The position numbers and the translations under genes were made by a program. From contig JBGGMJ010000032.1 of assembly GCA_041288095.1 (NCBI GenBank), positions 1 through 21,382 of the forward strand: a stretch of DNA of 21,382 nt. Reading direction: 5' to 3'. Of this stretch, positions 1 to 8,296 are shown one piece after another (the first letter of the stretch is position 1; each line of letters opens with the position of its first letter). The DNA is from Myxococcota bacterium. Lineage in GTDB: Bacteria; Myxococcota; XYA12-FULL-58-9; JALHOP01. Below the pieces are notes generated by a model that had not been told where the DNA came from, searched no databases, and saw only the letters and a list, made by a program, of their open reading frames with translations.

Positions 1-241
1 CGGAATCACTCTTGTTTTCTTCTCCTGCGGGTACTGAGATGTTTCACTTCCCCGCGTTCCCTCCCACCGTCCTATACATTCAGACGGCGGTGACACCCCA
101 TGACGGGTGCCGGGTTACCCCATTCGGACACCCTCGGATCAAAGCTTGCTAGGCAGCTCCCCGAGGCTTTTCGCAGCCTTCCACGTCCTTCATCGCTCAC
201 TAGCGCCAAGGCATTCACCGTACGCCCTTACTAGCTTCAGC
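1..241 (-). rRNA. rrl: 23S rRNA, 5' end (partial, runs off window)
   Basis: Reverse complement reads GCTGAAGCTAGTAAGGGCGTACGGTGAATGCCTTGGC...GCGATGAAGGACGTG...CCGAATGGGGTAACCC...GAAGTGAAACATCTCAGTACCC, the conserved 23S 5' domain. The 5' end was placed by eye against the E. coli start GGTTAAGCGACTAAG. Confidence 0.97.
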
Positions 242-599
242 GGGTCTGTTTTTCTGGCAGATGGCCTTGCGGCCGCCTGCTTCGAATAATCGACGCAGCT
301 CGAAGCTAGATCTCAAAACGTAGCTTGTTCTTTCGAACTAATGAATGCGTATGGTCTTTCGACACATTCGCTTCCAGACTTCGTCCTCTGCCACCTAAGT
401 CTCACGACTTTGATGTTTGCTCCACTGCCCGTCTCACGACGAGGGGAGTGCAGTGACGATAAACAGTGAGAATCGTTCGCTTCTAAAGAGTATTGTTCTT
501 TACGTGTCGTTTGATCCGCTTTCGCGCACCAAACACACTCGCGTTTGATTCGATATCGATTTGCCGCCTCACATGGCGGCAAATTTTCGTCTTACTATT

Positions 600-615
600 C
601 AGTTTTCAAAGAGCA
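600..615 (-). promoter_or_regulatory. boxA-like rRNA antitermination element
   Basis: Minus strand TGCTCTTTGAAAACTG between tRNA-Ala and 23S, matching the rrn boxA core TGCTCTTT. Confidence 0.75.
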
Positions 616-730
616 CTTCGAAACCATCCGAGCACATGCCCATGAAGAGCATGGCCGGATCTGTATCGATTTGGTTGTCACGTGTGCTGACGTCGCCTAT
701 CCCCTGCTCCGCCGCGACCCAGAGGGTCGA

Positions 731-806
731 TGGTGGAGCCGATGGGGATCGAACCCACGGCCTCAGGCTTGCAAAGCCCGCGCTCTCCCAGCTGAGCTAC
801 GGCCCC
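731..806 (-). tRNA. tRNA-Ala(TGC)
   Basis: GGGGCCGTAGCTCAGCTGGGAGAGCGCGGGCTTTGCAAGCCTGAGGCCGTGGGTTCGATCCCCATCGGCTCCACCA: cloverleaf, TGC anticodon, G3:U70 alanine identity pair, encoded CCA. Confidence 0.98.
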
Positions 807-893
807 GTCTCTCAACCCGAAGGTTTTCGAGGTGGTTCACATCGACATCACCGACGGGCATTGGGTTTCGCCCGTCGTTTTCGTGAGCCGCGC

Positions 894-923
894 GTTCTAG
901 CTGCGATGCTCACTTGCTGTCAA
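894..923 (-). promoter_or_regulatory. sigma70-like promoter (P2) between tRNA-Ile and tRNA-Ala
   Basis: Minus strand TTGACA (918-923), 18-nt spacer, TAGAAC (894-899), then a GC-rich discriminator GCGCGGC. A-tracts lie upstream. Confidence 0.65.
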
Positions 924-1020
924 CCTCTTTTTCGCCTGCCGTCGTTTTTGTTCGATCGGCTGCTCGAGGTTGGCCGCGGTCCCTTTTACGGAACGTTCGC
1001 GACGCGGATGCAGGACTGAA

Positions 1021-1094
<74 letters not shown>

Positions 1095-1206
1095 GCGATC
1101 GGTATCCCAACGGGACGCCCGAATCCGCTTGCAACACACATGTTTTCGAACTCAAAGAGCTTTGCGGCGTGACCCAACTTGGGAGTCCGTCGCAACGAGG
1201 TGCGCG

Positions 1207-1235
1207 GGTATAAATGTCTGCTCCGACGCCGTCAA
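1207..1235 (-). promoter_or_regulatory. sigma70-like stable-RNA promoter (P1)
   Basis: Minus strand TTGACG (1230-1235), 17-nt spacer, TATACC (1207-1212), GC-rich discriminator CGCGCACC. Upstream A-tracts and a boxA-like GCTCTTTGA about 50 nt downstream. Confidence 0.72.
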
Positions 1236-1285
1236 CAGTTTTCTCGAGTGATCCCAAAGCTTTTTTGGATCGTCGCTAAAACCGC

Positions 1286-2404
1286 TCAGACGCGGGTTTT
1301 GAGCGTGTCTACGAGATCATCCATGTAGTGGCTGACGGGCGGACGCAGCAGACTCCCGGCCATGGCGTCGGCGATCAGCTTCCCAGCGCGACCCGAGGAA
1401 GCATAGGCGCGACTGCCGCTGACCACGAGGCCATCCGAGGCCGCCGCGAGCGCGCTGCGGGCCGCGAACGTTTTCGCGCTCTTGGCGCGCGTGAGGTTCC
1501 GAGCCGCGAACGGCCAACCGTCCGCCATTGCGACCGATTCGACGAAGCCCCACGCGGCGTCGAGCGCCAGCGCGTGCTCCGCGAGCTTGCCGCGCGCCCA
1601 TACCGCCTCGTTGCTGACGGCTTCAGCACCCAAAGCGAGCGCGCCATCGCCGATACCGACGAAGACGGCGGCGAACAGAATCGTCGACCAGTGTCGCGCG
1701 TTGATGCCCGAGAGCGAGCCCGGGTGTCCGTAATAGCTGGCTGCTTCGGCGCCCTCGAGCGTGAGCCCAACGCTCGCGGTCGAGCGCATGCCCCAAGCGT
1801 TCCAAGCGCTGTCGAGCGTCAGGCCCTTGGCGTCGCGGGCCACGAAGAAGCCGTCGACGACATCGCCGTTGCGCGCGGCGCACAGGAAGTAATCGGCGTC
1901 GGGTCCGAAGGTCGCGAACGCCTTGCGTCCGCTCAAGAGGATTCGGTCGTTGTCCGCCTTGGCGGTGCTCTTCGTCTGCTGCAGATCGCCGTGCGAGCCG
2001 GGCTCGGCGTTGGCGACCGCGAGGATCTTGCCGGCGCGCACCGCGGCGGCGACCCACTCCGAGGACTTCCGTTGCTCGGCGCGCTGACCCGGCGCGATGG
2101 CTTCGGCCGGCAGGCGCGCAATGGCGGTGTTGCCCCAAGGCATGGCGAGCGCGAGCGCCGTCGAGGGCGCGTATCTCGCGAGCTTGCGCATGGCCTCGCA
2201 GCATTCGAACAGCGTGGCCCCCCAGCCCCCGAGCGCCTCGGGCAGCGGCGCCTTCAGTACTCCGCTATCACGGAGTCCGGCGATGATTCCCGGGTCGAGC
2301 CGCGTGGCCCCCTTGTTCTCGGCCGCGAGCTCGAGGTCGCCCCATCGGGGCGCGAGCTCGGCGAGCACCGCGCGCACATCGTTCTTCTCCGCCGTATTCT
2401 TCAT
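1286..2404 (-). CDS. acyl-CoA dehydrogenase-fold flavoprotein
   Basis: Motifs LPEALGGWG, AEPGS, LSGRKAFAT, WNAWGMRSTAS. Start overlaps the dusB stop (ATGA). Confidence 0.85.
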   Translation of the reverse strand: MKNTAEKNDVRAVLAELAPRWGDLELAAENKGATRLDPGIIAGLRDSGVLKAPLPEALGGWGATLFECCEAMRKLARYAPSTALALAMPWGNTAIARLPAEAIAPGQRAEQRKSSEWVAAAVRAGKILAVANAEPGSHGDLQQTKSTAKADNDRILLSGRKAFATFGPDADYFLCAARNGDVVDGFFVARDAKGLTLDSAWNAWGMRSTASVGLTLEGAEAASYYGHPGSLSGINARHWSTILFAAVFVGIGDGALALGAEAVSNEAVWARGKLAEHALALDAAWGFVESVAMADGWPFAARNLTRAKSAKTFAARSALAAASDGLVVSGSRAYASSGRAGKLIADAMAGSLLRPPVSHYMDDLVDTLKTRV

Positions 2405-3405
2405 CCAAGGGCCGCCCGGGTGTCGAATTCGACCGCTTCATCGTCGTTCGACGCCGCCGCGGTCCCGTAGAACTCTTCGCAAGCCGCGATGAGCGTGGTC
2501 AGATCGTCGATACGCGTCGCGCGCTCACGAAACGCCCTCGCCCCCGCGAGACCATGGGCATACCACATGAGGTGCTGGCGAAAACGTCGGATCGCCGTCA
2601 GCTCGTCACCCACGAACATGATGTGGTCGTCCAAATGACGCCGCACTAGCGCCCAACGTTCGGCGGCGGTCGGCGGCTTCGTGCCTGGTTTCACGAGCTG
2701 CTCGAAGATCCATGGATTGCCCAAGGCGCCGCGGCCGATCATGACGGCGGCGCAGCCGGTTTCGCTCCGCATCTTTCGAGCGAGCTCCGGCGTGTAGGCG
2801 TCGCCATTGCCGATGACCGGAATCGGCGAGGCCTCGACCAGGGCCGAGATGAGCGACCAGTCCGCTTTACCGGAGTAGCCCTGGGCGCGCGTGCGGGCGT
2901 GCATGGCGATGGCGACGGCGCCTGCGTCCGCGACCGACTTCACCATGTCGCGGAAGTTGAGCGTAAAGGCGTCCCAACCGGCGCGAATCTTCACGGTCAC
3001 CGGCGCGCCCGTGCGTTTGGCGATGGCGGCCACGATCTCACCGGCTCGCGGCGGGTCGCAGAGCAAGGCGGAGCCGGCGCCGTTCTTGGTCACCTTCTTC
3101 ACGGGGCAGCCCATGTTGATGTCGATGATCTTGGCGCCGAGCTCGACGGCTCGCGCGGCACCCTCCGCCATCGACGGGGCGTCACCACCGAAGATCTGCA
3201 CCCAGAAAGGCTGCTCGGTCGCGCCGTGCGTCACATAGCGGGCGGTGCGCGCCTGGCCGTAGAGCAAGCCCTTGGCGCTGACGAGCTCCGTCGGGGCCGC
3301 GCCGGCGCCGAGCTCACGGGCGATGACACGAAACGGCATCTCACTGACACCCGCCATCGGCGCCAGGATCCAGGGATTCGGCAATACGTAGGGACCGAGC
3401 TGCAT
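2401..3405 (-). CDS. dusB: tRNA-dihydrouridine synthase B
   Basis: LAPMAGV, QIFG, IDINMGCPVKKV..GAGSALL, PVTVKIRAGW, HARTRAQGYSGKADW, PVIGNGD, VMIGRGALGNPWIF. Confidence 0.95.
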   Translation of the reverse strand: MQLGPYVLPNPWILAPMAGVSEMPFRVIARELGAGAAPTELVSAKGLLYGQARTARYVTHGATEQPFWVQIFGGDAPSMAEGAARAVELGAKIIDINMGCPVKKVTKNGAGSALLCDPPRAGEIVAAIAKRTGAPVTVKIRAGWDAFTLNFRDMVKSVADAGAVAIAMHARTRAQGYSGKADWSLISALVEASPIPVIGNGDAYTPELARKMRSETGCAAVMIGRGALGNPWIFEQLVKPGTKPPTAAERWALVRRHLDDHIMFVGDELTAIRRFRQHLMWYAHGLAGARAFRERATRIDDLTTLIAACEEFYGTAAASNDDEAVEFDTRAALG

Positions 3406-3729
3406 TTACTCCTGCGCCATATCCGCGGGCGCGGGATCTGGCGAGGGCTCAACGCTGTCCTGGAACCGTGACACGACGCTCATCACCGCCGTTTCGATCT
3501 GGGGCAACGCGAAGCGCGCCGCGACCGCGAGCAGGGCCTTCCCCGTCCGCGATCGTAGGCCACCGCCGAGCAAGAAGCCCAGGCCAACGGCCGCTCCGAG
3601 CGCGACGTAGGGATGCTGACGCGTCGCCCGCACCACTTGTTTCGTGAAGCTACGGGCGGCGCGCGCCATCTCCTCGATGTCGTAGTCGTCGAATGGTTCG
3701 CGAGCTGTCATGCGCGACTGCTTTCGCAT
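3406..3729 (-). CDS. small membrane protein, DUF883/ElaB-YqjD-like segment
   Basis: RQHPYVALGAAVGLGFLLGGG hydrophobic motif. Stop abuts the dusB ATG. Start could instead be 3711. Confidence 0.7.
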   Translation of the reverse strand: MRKQSRMTAREPFDDYDIEEMARAARSFTKQVVRATRQHPYVALGAAVGLGFLLGGGLRSRTGKALLAVAARFALPQIETAVMSVVSRFQDSVEPSPDPAPADMAQE

Positions 3730-3762
3730 GTCGGCCGCGGGAAGTCGACGGCTCCCACCCCG

Positions 3763-4017
3763 TTACGAAGCGGCCTTGTCGACGCCTTCGCCCCCGAAGC
3801 GGTTGCGCAGCTCGTCGAAGCGACCCGCGAGGTCGTTGCGCAAGTCACCACCGGCCTTGGGTGCGAATGCGAGCCCGAGCGCGGTGCCGACCAAGATGCC
3901 CAGCCCGAAGACACCGACGGCCTGACCGACCATGGCGTAAGGATTGTGCCGCTCGATACCGAGCGCTTCGAGGATCTGGTCGCGGCCGAAGCTCTTCATC
4001 AAATCTTTACGAGTCAT
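3763..4017 (-). CDS. YtxH-like domain protein
   Basis: FGLGILVGTALGLAFAPKAGGDLRNDL matches the YtxH pattern. Start trimmed to ATG 4017 (GGGGA upstream; 4023 also possible) because the longer ORF overlaps the upstream gene. Confidence 0.75.
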   Translation of the reverse strand: MTRKDLMKSFGRDQILEALGIERHNPYAMVGQAVGVFGLGILVGTALGLAFAPKAGGDLRNDLAGRFDELRNRFGGEGVDKAAS

Positions 4018-4060
4018 CGTCATTCCCCATGCCGCCCGGCGTGAGCGGCGCATGCCGCGG

Positions 4061-4345
4061 TTAGCGGCGGACGTTTTCCAACAGCTCACTGCCGAGGTTC
4101 GCGATCACGTATCGTCCCGCTACCGCGAGCCCGAGGCGCGTGAGGCGACTCGAGAGGCCACCGGCCAATAGGTAGCCGACCGCGAATGCCCCCGCGATGG
4201 CGACGTAAGGCCGCGTCTCCATGATCTCAGTCAAGGCACCGCGCGCCTGGTCGGTGAATGCGCTGACCGACGAAGCGAGCTGTTTGGCATCTTCGCGAAG
4301 ACGGGTGCCGGCTTCCAAGACCTGACCGTTGTCGATGCTGGTCAT
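4061..4345 (-). CDS. small membrane protein, DUF883/ElaB-YqjD-like
   Basis: Amphipathic N-terminal helix then TRPYVAIAGAFAVGYLLAGG. AAGGAG Shine-Dalgarno 6 nt before ATG 4345. Confidence 0.72.
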   Translation of the reverse strand: MTSIDNGQVLEAGTRLREDAKQLASSVSAFTDQARGALTEIMETRPYVAIAGAFAVGYLLAGGLSSRLTRLGLAVAGRYVIANLGSELLENVRR

Positions 4346-4356
4346 CTTTTTCTCCT

Positions 4357-4566
4357 TCACCGTGAAACGATGCGGCCGAGAACGTAGCCGACGAGCAACG
4401 CGCCACAGACGACGACGAGCGGGCGCTCACGAGCCATTGTCCGCAATTGCGTATCGACGGTGGCCAGGCGCTCACGGATTTCGTCGGCTTCGATGCCCAG
4501 CATTTCGATAGGCTGCTGCTCATGGCCGTTTTTCTTCTTACGGCCGACTTCTTTTTCGTTTTGCAT
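4357..4566 (-). CDS. small tail-anchored membrane protein, DUF883/ElaB-YqjD-like
   Basis: C-terminal ERPLVVVCGALLVGYVLGRIVSR with a basic N-terminus. AAGGA upstream. Confidence 0.72.
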   Translation of the reverse strand: MQNEKEVGRKKKNGHEQQPIEMLGIEADEIRERLATVDTQLRTMARERPLVVVCGALLVGYVLGRIVSR

Positions 4567-4735
4567 GTTGGGTGTCCTTGGGGACGGAAGTTTCTGCAGC
4601 CCCAGCCGCGACGCAAGCCCCTCCCCCCGAAGGTGCTCGCGCCGCGGCGGGCGTCAGCTATGTATTCTATTCGCCCGCCGGACCCACCGGCTCTCCCCCC
4701 GAATCACCGGTGGCGGCGTGCATGCCGGAACACTG

Positions 4736-4751
4736 AGCACGGGGCGTGCCA
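4736..4751 (-). promoter_or_regulatory. sigma54 (-24/-12) promoter candidate
   Basis: Minus strand TGGCACG-CCCC-GTGCT versus consensus TGGCACG-N4-TTGCW, with correct GG/GC spacing, intergenic and oriented toward the 4566 gene. Confidence 0.65.
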
Positions 4752-4847
4752 CGTCGATCGATCGCGCTGAACCGTGTTCTGACGAGGGAGCGGCCTCGCG
4801 CTGCCACTGGGTCAGGGGGACCACGATGCCACCGTTGAGGCAAAAAG

Positions 4848-5420
4848 CTACAGGACGCCGAGATGACTCTGATCGTTCCAGCGGATGATCGCCGGGCGAC
4901 CATGCTCGAGCCCAAGCACGCCGATGCTCGCGGTGCCGATCCCGAGGTGATGGCCCCACGCCGGTTGTTCGCCGAGAAATACCGCCGTGAAAATGCGTAG
5001 CAGATGTCCGTGGGCGACCAGCGCCGTCGTGTCGTCGCCGGTGAGCAATGCGAGGACGCGAGCACAGCGCTCACCAACCTGCGCCAAGGTCTCGCCACCG
5101 TGCGTGCCATGGGTGAAAAAATGCCACCCTGGATGATCGCCGCGAATCTCGGGCGTCGTCCGCCCTTCGTCGCTGCCGTAGTCGACCTCGGCGAGGTCGT
5201 CGATGACCGTGTACGGGGTCAGCCCCGCGATCTCGGCGGTCTTGATGGCGCGCTGCAGAGGACTGACCAACGTCCGCGCGATACGCTCGCGTGACAGTGC
5301 GCCTCCCAACGCTCGGGCTTGCGCAATGCCCGCGGACGTGAGCGGTAGGTCCGTCCTTCCGGTGTGGCGCCCCGCCTCGCTCCACTCGGTTGCACCATGA
5401 CGGATCAGAAGAATTCGCAT
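4848..5420 (-). CDS. histidine phosphatase (phosphoglycerate mutase-like) family protein
   Basis: MRILLIRHGATEWS..GRTDLPLT, SPLQRA, LAEVDYG..EG, LVAHG. Real start taken as ATG 5420; the upstream extension is antisense to the next gene. Confidence 0.92.
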   Translation of the reverse strand: MRILLIRHGATEWSEAGRHTGRTDLPLTSAGIAQARALGGALSRERIARTLVSPLQRAIKTAEIAGLTPYTVIDDLAEVDYGSDEGRTTPEIRGDHPGWHFFTHGTHGGETLAQVGERCARVLALLTGDDTTALVAHGHLLRIFTAVFLGEQPAWGHHLGIGTASIGVLGLEHGRPAIIRWNDQSHLGVL

Positions 5421-6446
5421 GAGCTTTCCGTGCAACCGGCGCGACCATGGCCGCGCGGGCTGCGCATCGCCTTGGTTCTTTGCATCTCGCTCGGTGCACA
5501 CGCCAGCCTCTTGTGGCTCGCGAGCTCGCATTTCGTGCGCGAGGTCCCCAAGCGGAAAAGCCAGCCCATCAGTCTGGTGATTCGCGAGCGTCCGAGCGTC
5601 GAGACGCCGCGCATCGAGACGCCTCCGCAGCCGCCGGCCCAGGCGCCGACGCCGGAGGTGGTGACGCGCGCGCCCGAAGCACGCCCCGACAAGCCGCGCG
5701 ATAAAGGCCCTGCCGGGATCCTCGACTTTCCAGAGCTGGCGCCGGCACGCGAACCGACCGTTGGGGGTCAACGCGACGCGGCCGCCGGCAAGGACAGCGT
5801 GGCGAGCGGCGAGCGACCGACGGGCCCCGGCGCCGGCGACATGAGCCTCTTCGACGGAAAAGCCGCGAGCGGCGCCGCGGGCACCTTCTCCAAGCCCGAG
5901 GACACCACCGAGGGGCCCAATCTTCCCCAGCGCGGCGAGCTCACCGCGACGGAGCGCGCCGAAGACGCACTCGCCCGGATGAAAGTCGATCAGGCCGCGG
6001 AGCAGCACGCGAAGAAGCCGGCCGAGGCCCCGCCCGAGCTGGTCTTGGCGCAGGCGGAAGCCGATCGCGCCTGGAGTCCGCCGTCGGCCGCGGTCGCCGG
6101 CTCGCGCCAGAAGTGCAAGACGTGCCAGCACGAGGTCGGCAGGCTGTCCGCTATCGTCGACGTGTCGCGAAGTGAGGGCGACAGCGAGGCGACGATCATC
6201 ATCGCGCAGCCCTCCGGAGACCCAGTGTTCGACAAAAGCGCCGTCGAAGCGGTGAAGGCGGCTTTACCATCGGCGCCCAAGGCTTATGTTTGGTCGCGCT
6301 GGCGCTTCAACGCCGAAGTCTATCGCTGGAGCGCCTCGGACATGTTACTCGACCCATCGTTCAAACCTCCGGGACGCAAGCTACCCAGCTCAGGGCTCGG
6401 AGCGATGTCGATGACCACGAGCGTCCGGCTCGTGGCTTTCCGCTGA
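5397..6446 (+). CDS. TonB/TolA-like periplasm-spanning protein
   Basis: N-terminal TM with SLGAH (SxxxH motif), Pro-rich linker, C-terminal QPSGDPVFDKSAVEAV typical of TonB/TolA C-domains. Start is ATG 5397 or GTG 5430. Confidence 0.7.
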   Translation: MTDQKNSHELSVQPARPWPRGLRIALVLCISLGAHASLLWLASSHFVREVPKRKSQPISLVIRERPSVETPRIETPPQPPAQAPTPEVVTRAPEARPDKPRDKGPAGILDFPELAPAREPTVGGQRDAAAGKDSVASGERPTGPGAGDMSLFDGKAASGAAGTFSKPEDTTEGPNLPQRGELTATERAEDALARMKVDQAAEQHAKKPAEAPPELVLAQAEADRAWSPPSAAVAGSRQKCKTCQHEVGRLSAIVDVSRSEGDSEATIIIAQPSGDPVFDKSAVEAVKAALPSAPKAYVWSRWRFNAEVYRWSASDMLLDPSFKPPGRKLPSSGLGAMSMTTSVRLVAFR

Positions 6447-6462
6447 AACGTGGGGGAATGGA

Positions 6463-7230
6463 ATGAAGCTTCGTTATCTCGCTCTGGTTGCGGTGTTGTT
6501 GGCTCCGACATCCGCGTTCGCCGTCATCGAGCCCTTCACCGGCTTCGACACCACGAGCAGCCTGGACTACGCGATGCGCGACAGTGGGCTGACGCTCTCG
6601 TCGCACACCGCCGAGCTTTCCCTCCGCGCCCAATGGGTCCTCCTCGACGACGCACCCAACCTGTTCGCGCTGCGGCCCGGCTTCGCTTTCGGCATCACCG
6701 AAGACCTCGAGCTCGGCGCCGAAGCCATCGTCTTGATCGAGCCCGGTTCAGACGTGCTTTTCGTGCCACGCCTGGTGTTCACGATCATCGAGGGCAGCAC
6801 GGTCGACGTCGCCTTGAGCGGCTTGCTGGTGTTCGACTTCGACGACAACAACGACAACCTGTTGCCGACGCGCCAGTTCGGTGTGCCGATTCGCATCAAG
6901 CTGCTCGATAGCCTGTCGATCTTCACGGGCAACAACTTGATCACCTGGCAGCACGTGGGTGACGACGACTTCATCGACCTGAACGTCAATGTCGGCCTCG
7001 GCTGGCAGATGTCGCGCGACATGGCGCTGCGCTTCGACACCCAGCTCCTCGCCGTCAACCTGATCGGTGACCGCGAGTCGACGACCATCAGCGACATTTT
7101 CCCGCTGGGCTTCAGCCTCCTCTACGGCGTGGCGAGCCGCGTCGATATCACCGCCGGCGCGACGTACTACGCGGTGGACGGCGGCAACGACTTCCTGGCG
7201 CTCGACGGCGGCCTGCTGGCTCGCTTCTGA
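6463..7230 (+). CDS. putative outer-membrane beta-barrel protein
   Basis: Sec signal peptide ([20 protein letters not shown]), alternating amphipathic beta strands, C-terminal Phe (GGLLARF). Confidence 0.7.
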   Translation: MKLRYLALVAVLLAPTSAFAVIEPFTGFDTTSSLDYAMRDSGLTLSSHTAELSLRAQWVLLDDAPNLFALRPGFAFGITEDLELGAEAIVLIEPGSDVLFVPRLVFTIIEGSTVDVALSGLLVFDFDDNNDNLLPTRQFGVPIRIKLLDSLSIFTGNNLITWQHVGDDDFIDLNVNVGLGWQMSRDMALRFDTQLLAVNLIGDRESTTISDIFPLGFSLLYGVASRVDITAGATYYAVDGGNDFLALDGGLLARF

Positions 7231-7232
7231 CG

Positions 7233-7670
7233 ATGCGCTACCTTCACACCATGGTGCGCGTCTCGAACCTCGAGGCGTCCCTCGACTTCTTTTGCAATCT
7301 CCTCGGCATGGTCGAGGTGAGTCGCAAGGTGAATGAAAAGGGGCGCTTCACCCTGGTCTTCTTGGCGGCTCCGGAAGACGCGGAGCGCGCCAAGATCTCG
7401 GGCGCGCCGTTGGTCGAGCTCACGCACAACTGGGATCCCGAGGTCTACACGGGCGGCCGCAACTTCGGGCACCTCGCCTACCGCGTCGATGACATCTACG
7501 CGGTCTGCGACAAGCTCATGAAAGCGGGCATCACCATCAACCGGCCGCCGCGTGATGGACACATGGCATTCATAAAAACGCCAGACGGCGTCTCGATCGA
7601 GCTGCTGCAAGATGGAGCGCTGGCCCCCAAGGAACCCTGGGCCTCGATGCCCAACACGGGAACCTGGTAG
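7233..7670 (+). CDS. gloA: lactoylglutathione lyase (glyoxalase I, VOC family)
   Basis: [56 protein letters not shown]. Confidence 0.9.
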   Translation: MRYLHTMVRVSNLEASLDFFCNLLGMVEVSRKVNEKGRFTLVFLAAPEDAERAKISGAPLVELTHNWDPEVYTGGRNFGHLAYRVDDIYAVCDKLMKAGITINRPPRDGHMAFIKTPDGVSIELLQDGALAPKEPWASMPNTGTW

Positions 7671-7676
7671 ACCGCC

Positions 7677-8204
7677 ATGGCGGACGTGGTCGAGGTCGCG
7701 TCGAGTGGACGCGCCAAGTGCCGAGGCTGCACCAAGCCCATTCCCAAGGACGACCTGCGTTTCGGTGAGCGCGTGCCCAACCCCTTCGCGGAAGGCGAAG
7801 CCGAGCTCACCTATTGGTTCCATGTCCGCTGCGCCGCTTTTCGCCGCTGCGAGCGCTTCGTTACGCTGACGCCCGAGCAGCTCGAAGGCATCCCCGATGC
7901 CGCGGTGCTCAAGGAGCGCGCCGAATTCGGTGTGGCGCATCATCGCTTGCCACGCATCGACGGCCTCGAGCGCGCCAAGTCCGGCCGCGCCAAGTGCAAG
8001 CAGTGCAAGGAGAGCATCGACGCCCAGGTGCCGCGCATCGTCCTCGCGTTCTGGGAGGAAGGGCGCTTCGGGCCGATGGGGTTCGTGCATCTCAACTGCG
8101 CGCCGGCCTACTTCGAGACCCCCGCGATTGTTCCGTGGCTCACGCATGCGGCGCCCGAGGCCACCGCCGACATGGCGAGCGAGATCGCCGCCGCGCTCGC
8201 ATAG
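7677..8204 (+). CDS. protein with two PARP-type zinc fingers
   Basis: VEVASSGRAKCRGC...LRFG...WFHVRC and LERAKSGRAKCKQC...FVHLNC are two copies of the E.A.SGRA.CxxC...HxxC zf-PARP signature. Confidence 0.85.
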   Translation: MADVVEVASSGRAKCRGCTKPIPKDDLRFGERVPNPFAEGEAELTYWFHVRCAAFRRCERFVTLTPEQLEGIPDAAVLKERAEFGVAHHRLPRIDGLERAKSGRAKCKQCKESIDAQVPRIVLAFWEEGRFGPMGFVHLNCAPAYFETPAIVPWLTHAAPEATADMASEIAAALA

Positions 8205-8269
8205 GGGACACACTCCATTTTCCGCAAATAGAGACACTCATCCTCCGAGGGAAAATGGTGTGTGTCCCC
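8204..8269. repeat. 20-bp inverted repeat, REP/REPIN-like doublet
   Basis: GGGGACACACTCCATTTTCC (8204-8223) and GGAAAATGGTGTGTGTCCCC (8250-8269) are 19/20 complementary with a 26-nt spacer. Confidence 0.75.
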
Positions 8270-8296
8270 ATTTCGACGCCGTGCTATTGCTGCACC

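Noticed and set aside
1-241. 23S fragment looks partly actinobacterial, suggesting a chimera or transfer
   Set aside because: Too short and conserved to judge by eye, and other parts fit deltaproteobacterial sequences. It needs SILVA classification.
1250-1271. Imperfect hairpin GATCCCAAAGCTTTTTTGGATC as terminator for the acyl-CoA dehydrogenase-fold gene
   Set aside because: Weak AT-rich stem with no U-tract on the minus strand; equally explained as a UP-element A-tract of P1.
1328-2470. 380-aa plus-strand ORF, and similar long antisense ORFs (7167-8237, 8284-9306, 12607-13578, 14114-15151, 16574-17398)
   Set aside because: Shadow frames of well-supported genes, as expected in high-GC DNA.
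6113-6130. CKTCQH as a heme c attachment site
   Set aside because: The pattern is CxxCxH, not CxxCH.
5421-6131. N-terminal extension making the phosphatase 427 aa
   Set aside because: Antisense to the TonB-like gene; the family motif RHG begins right after Met 5420.
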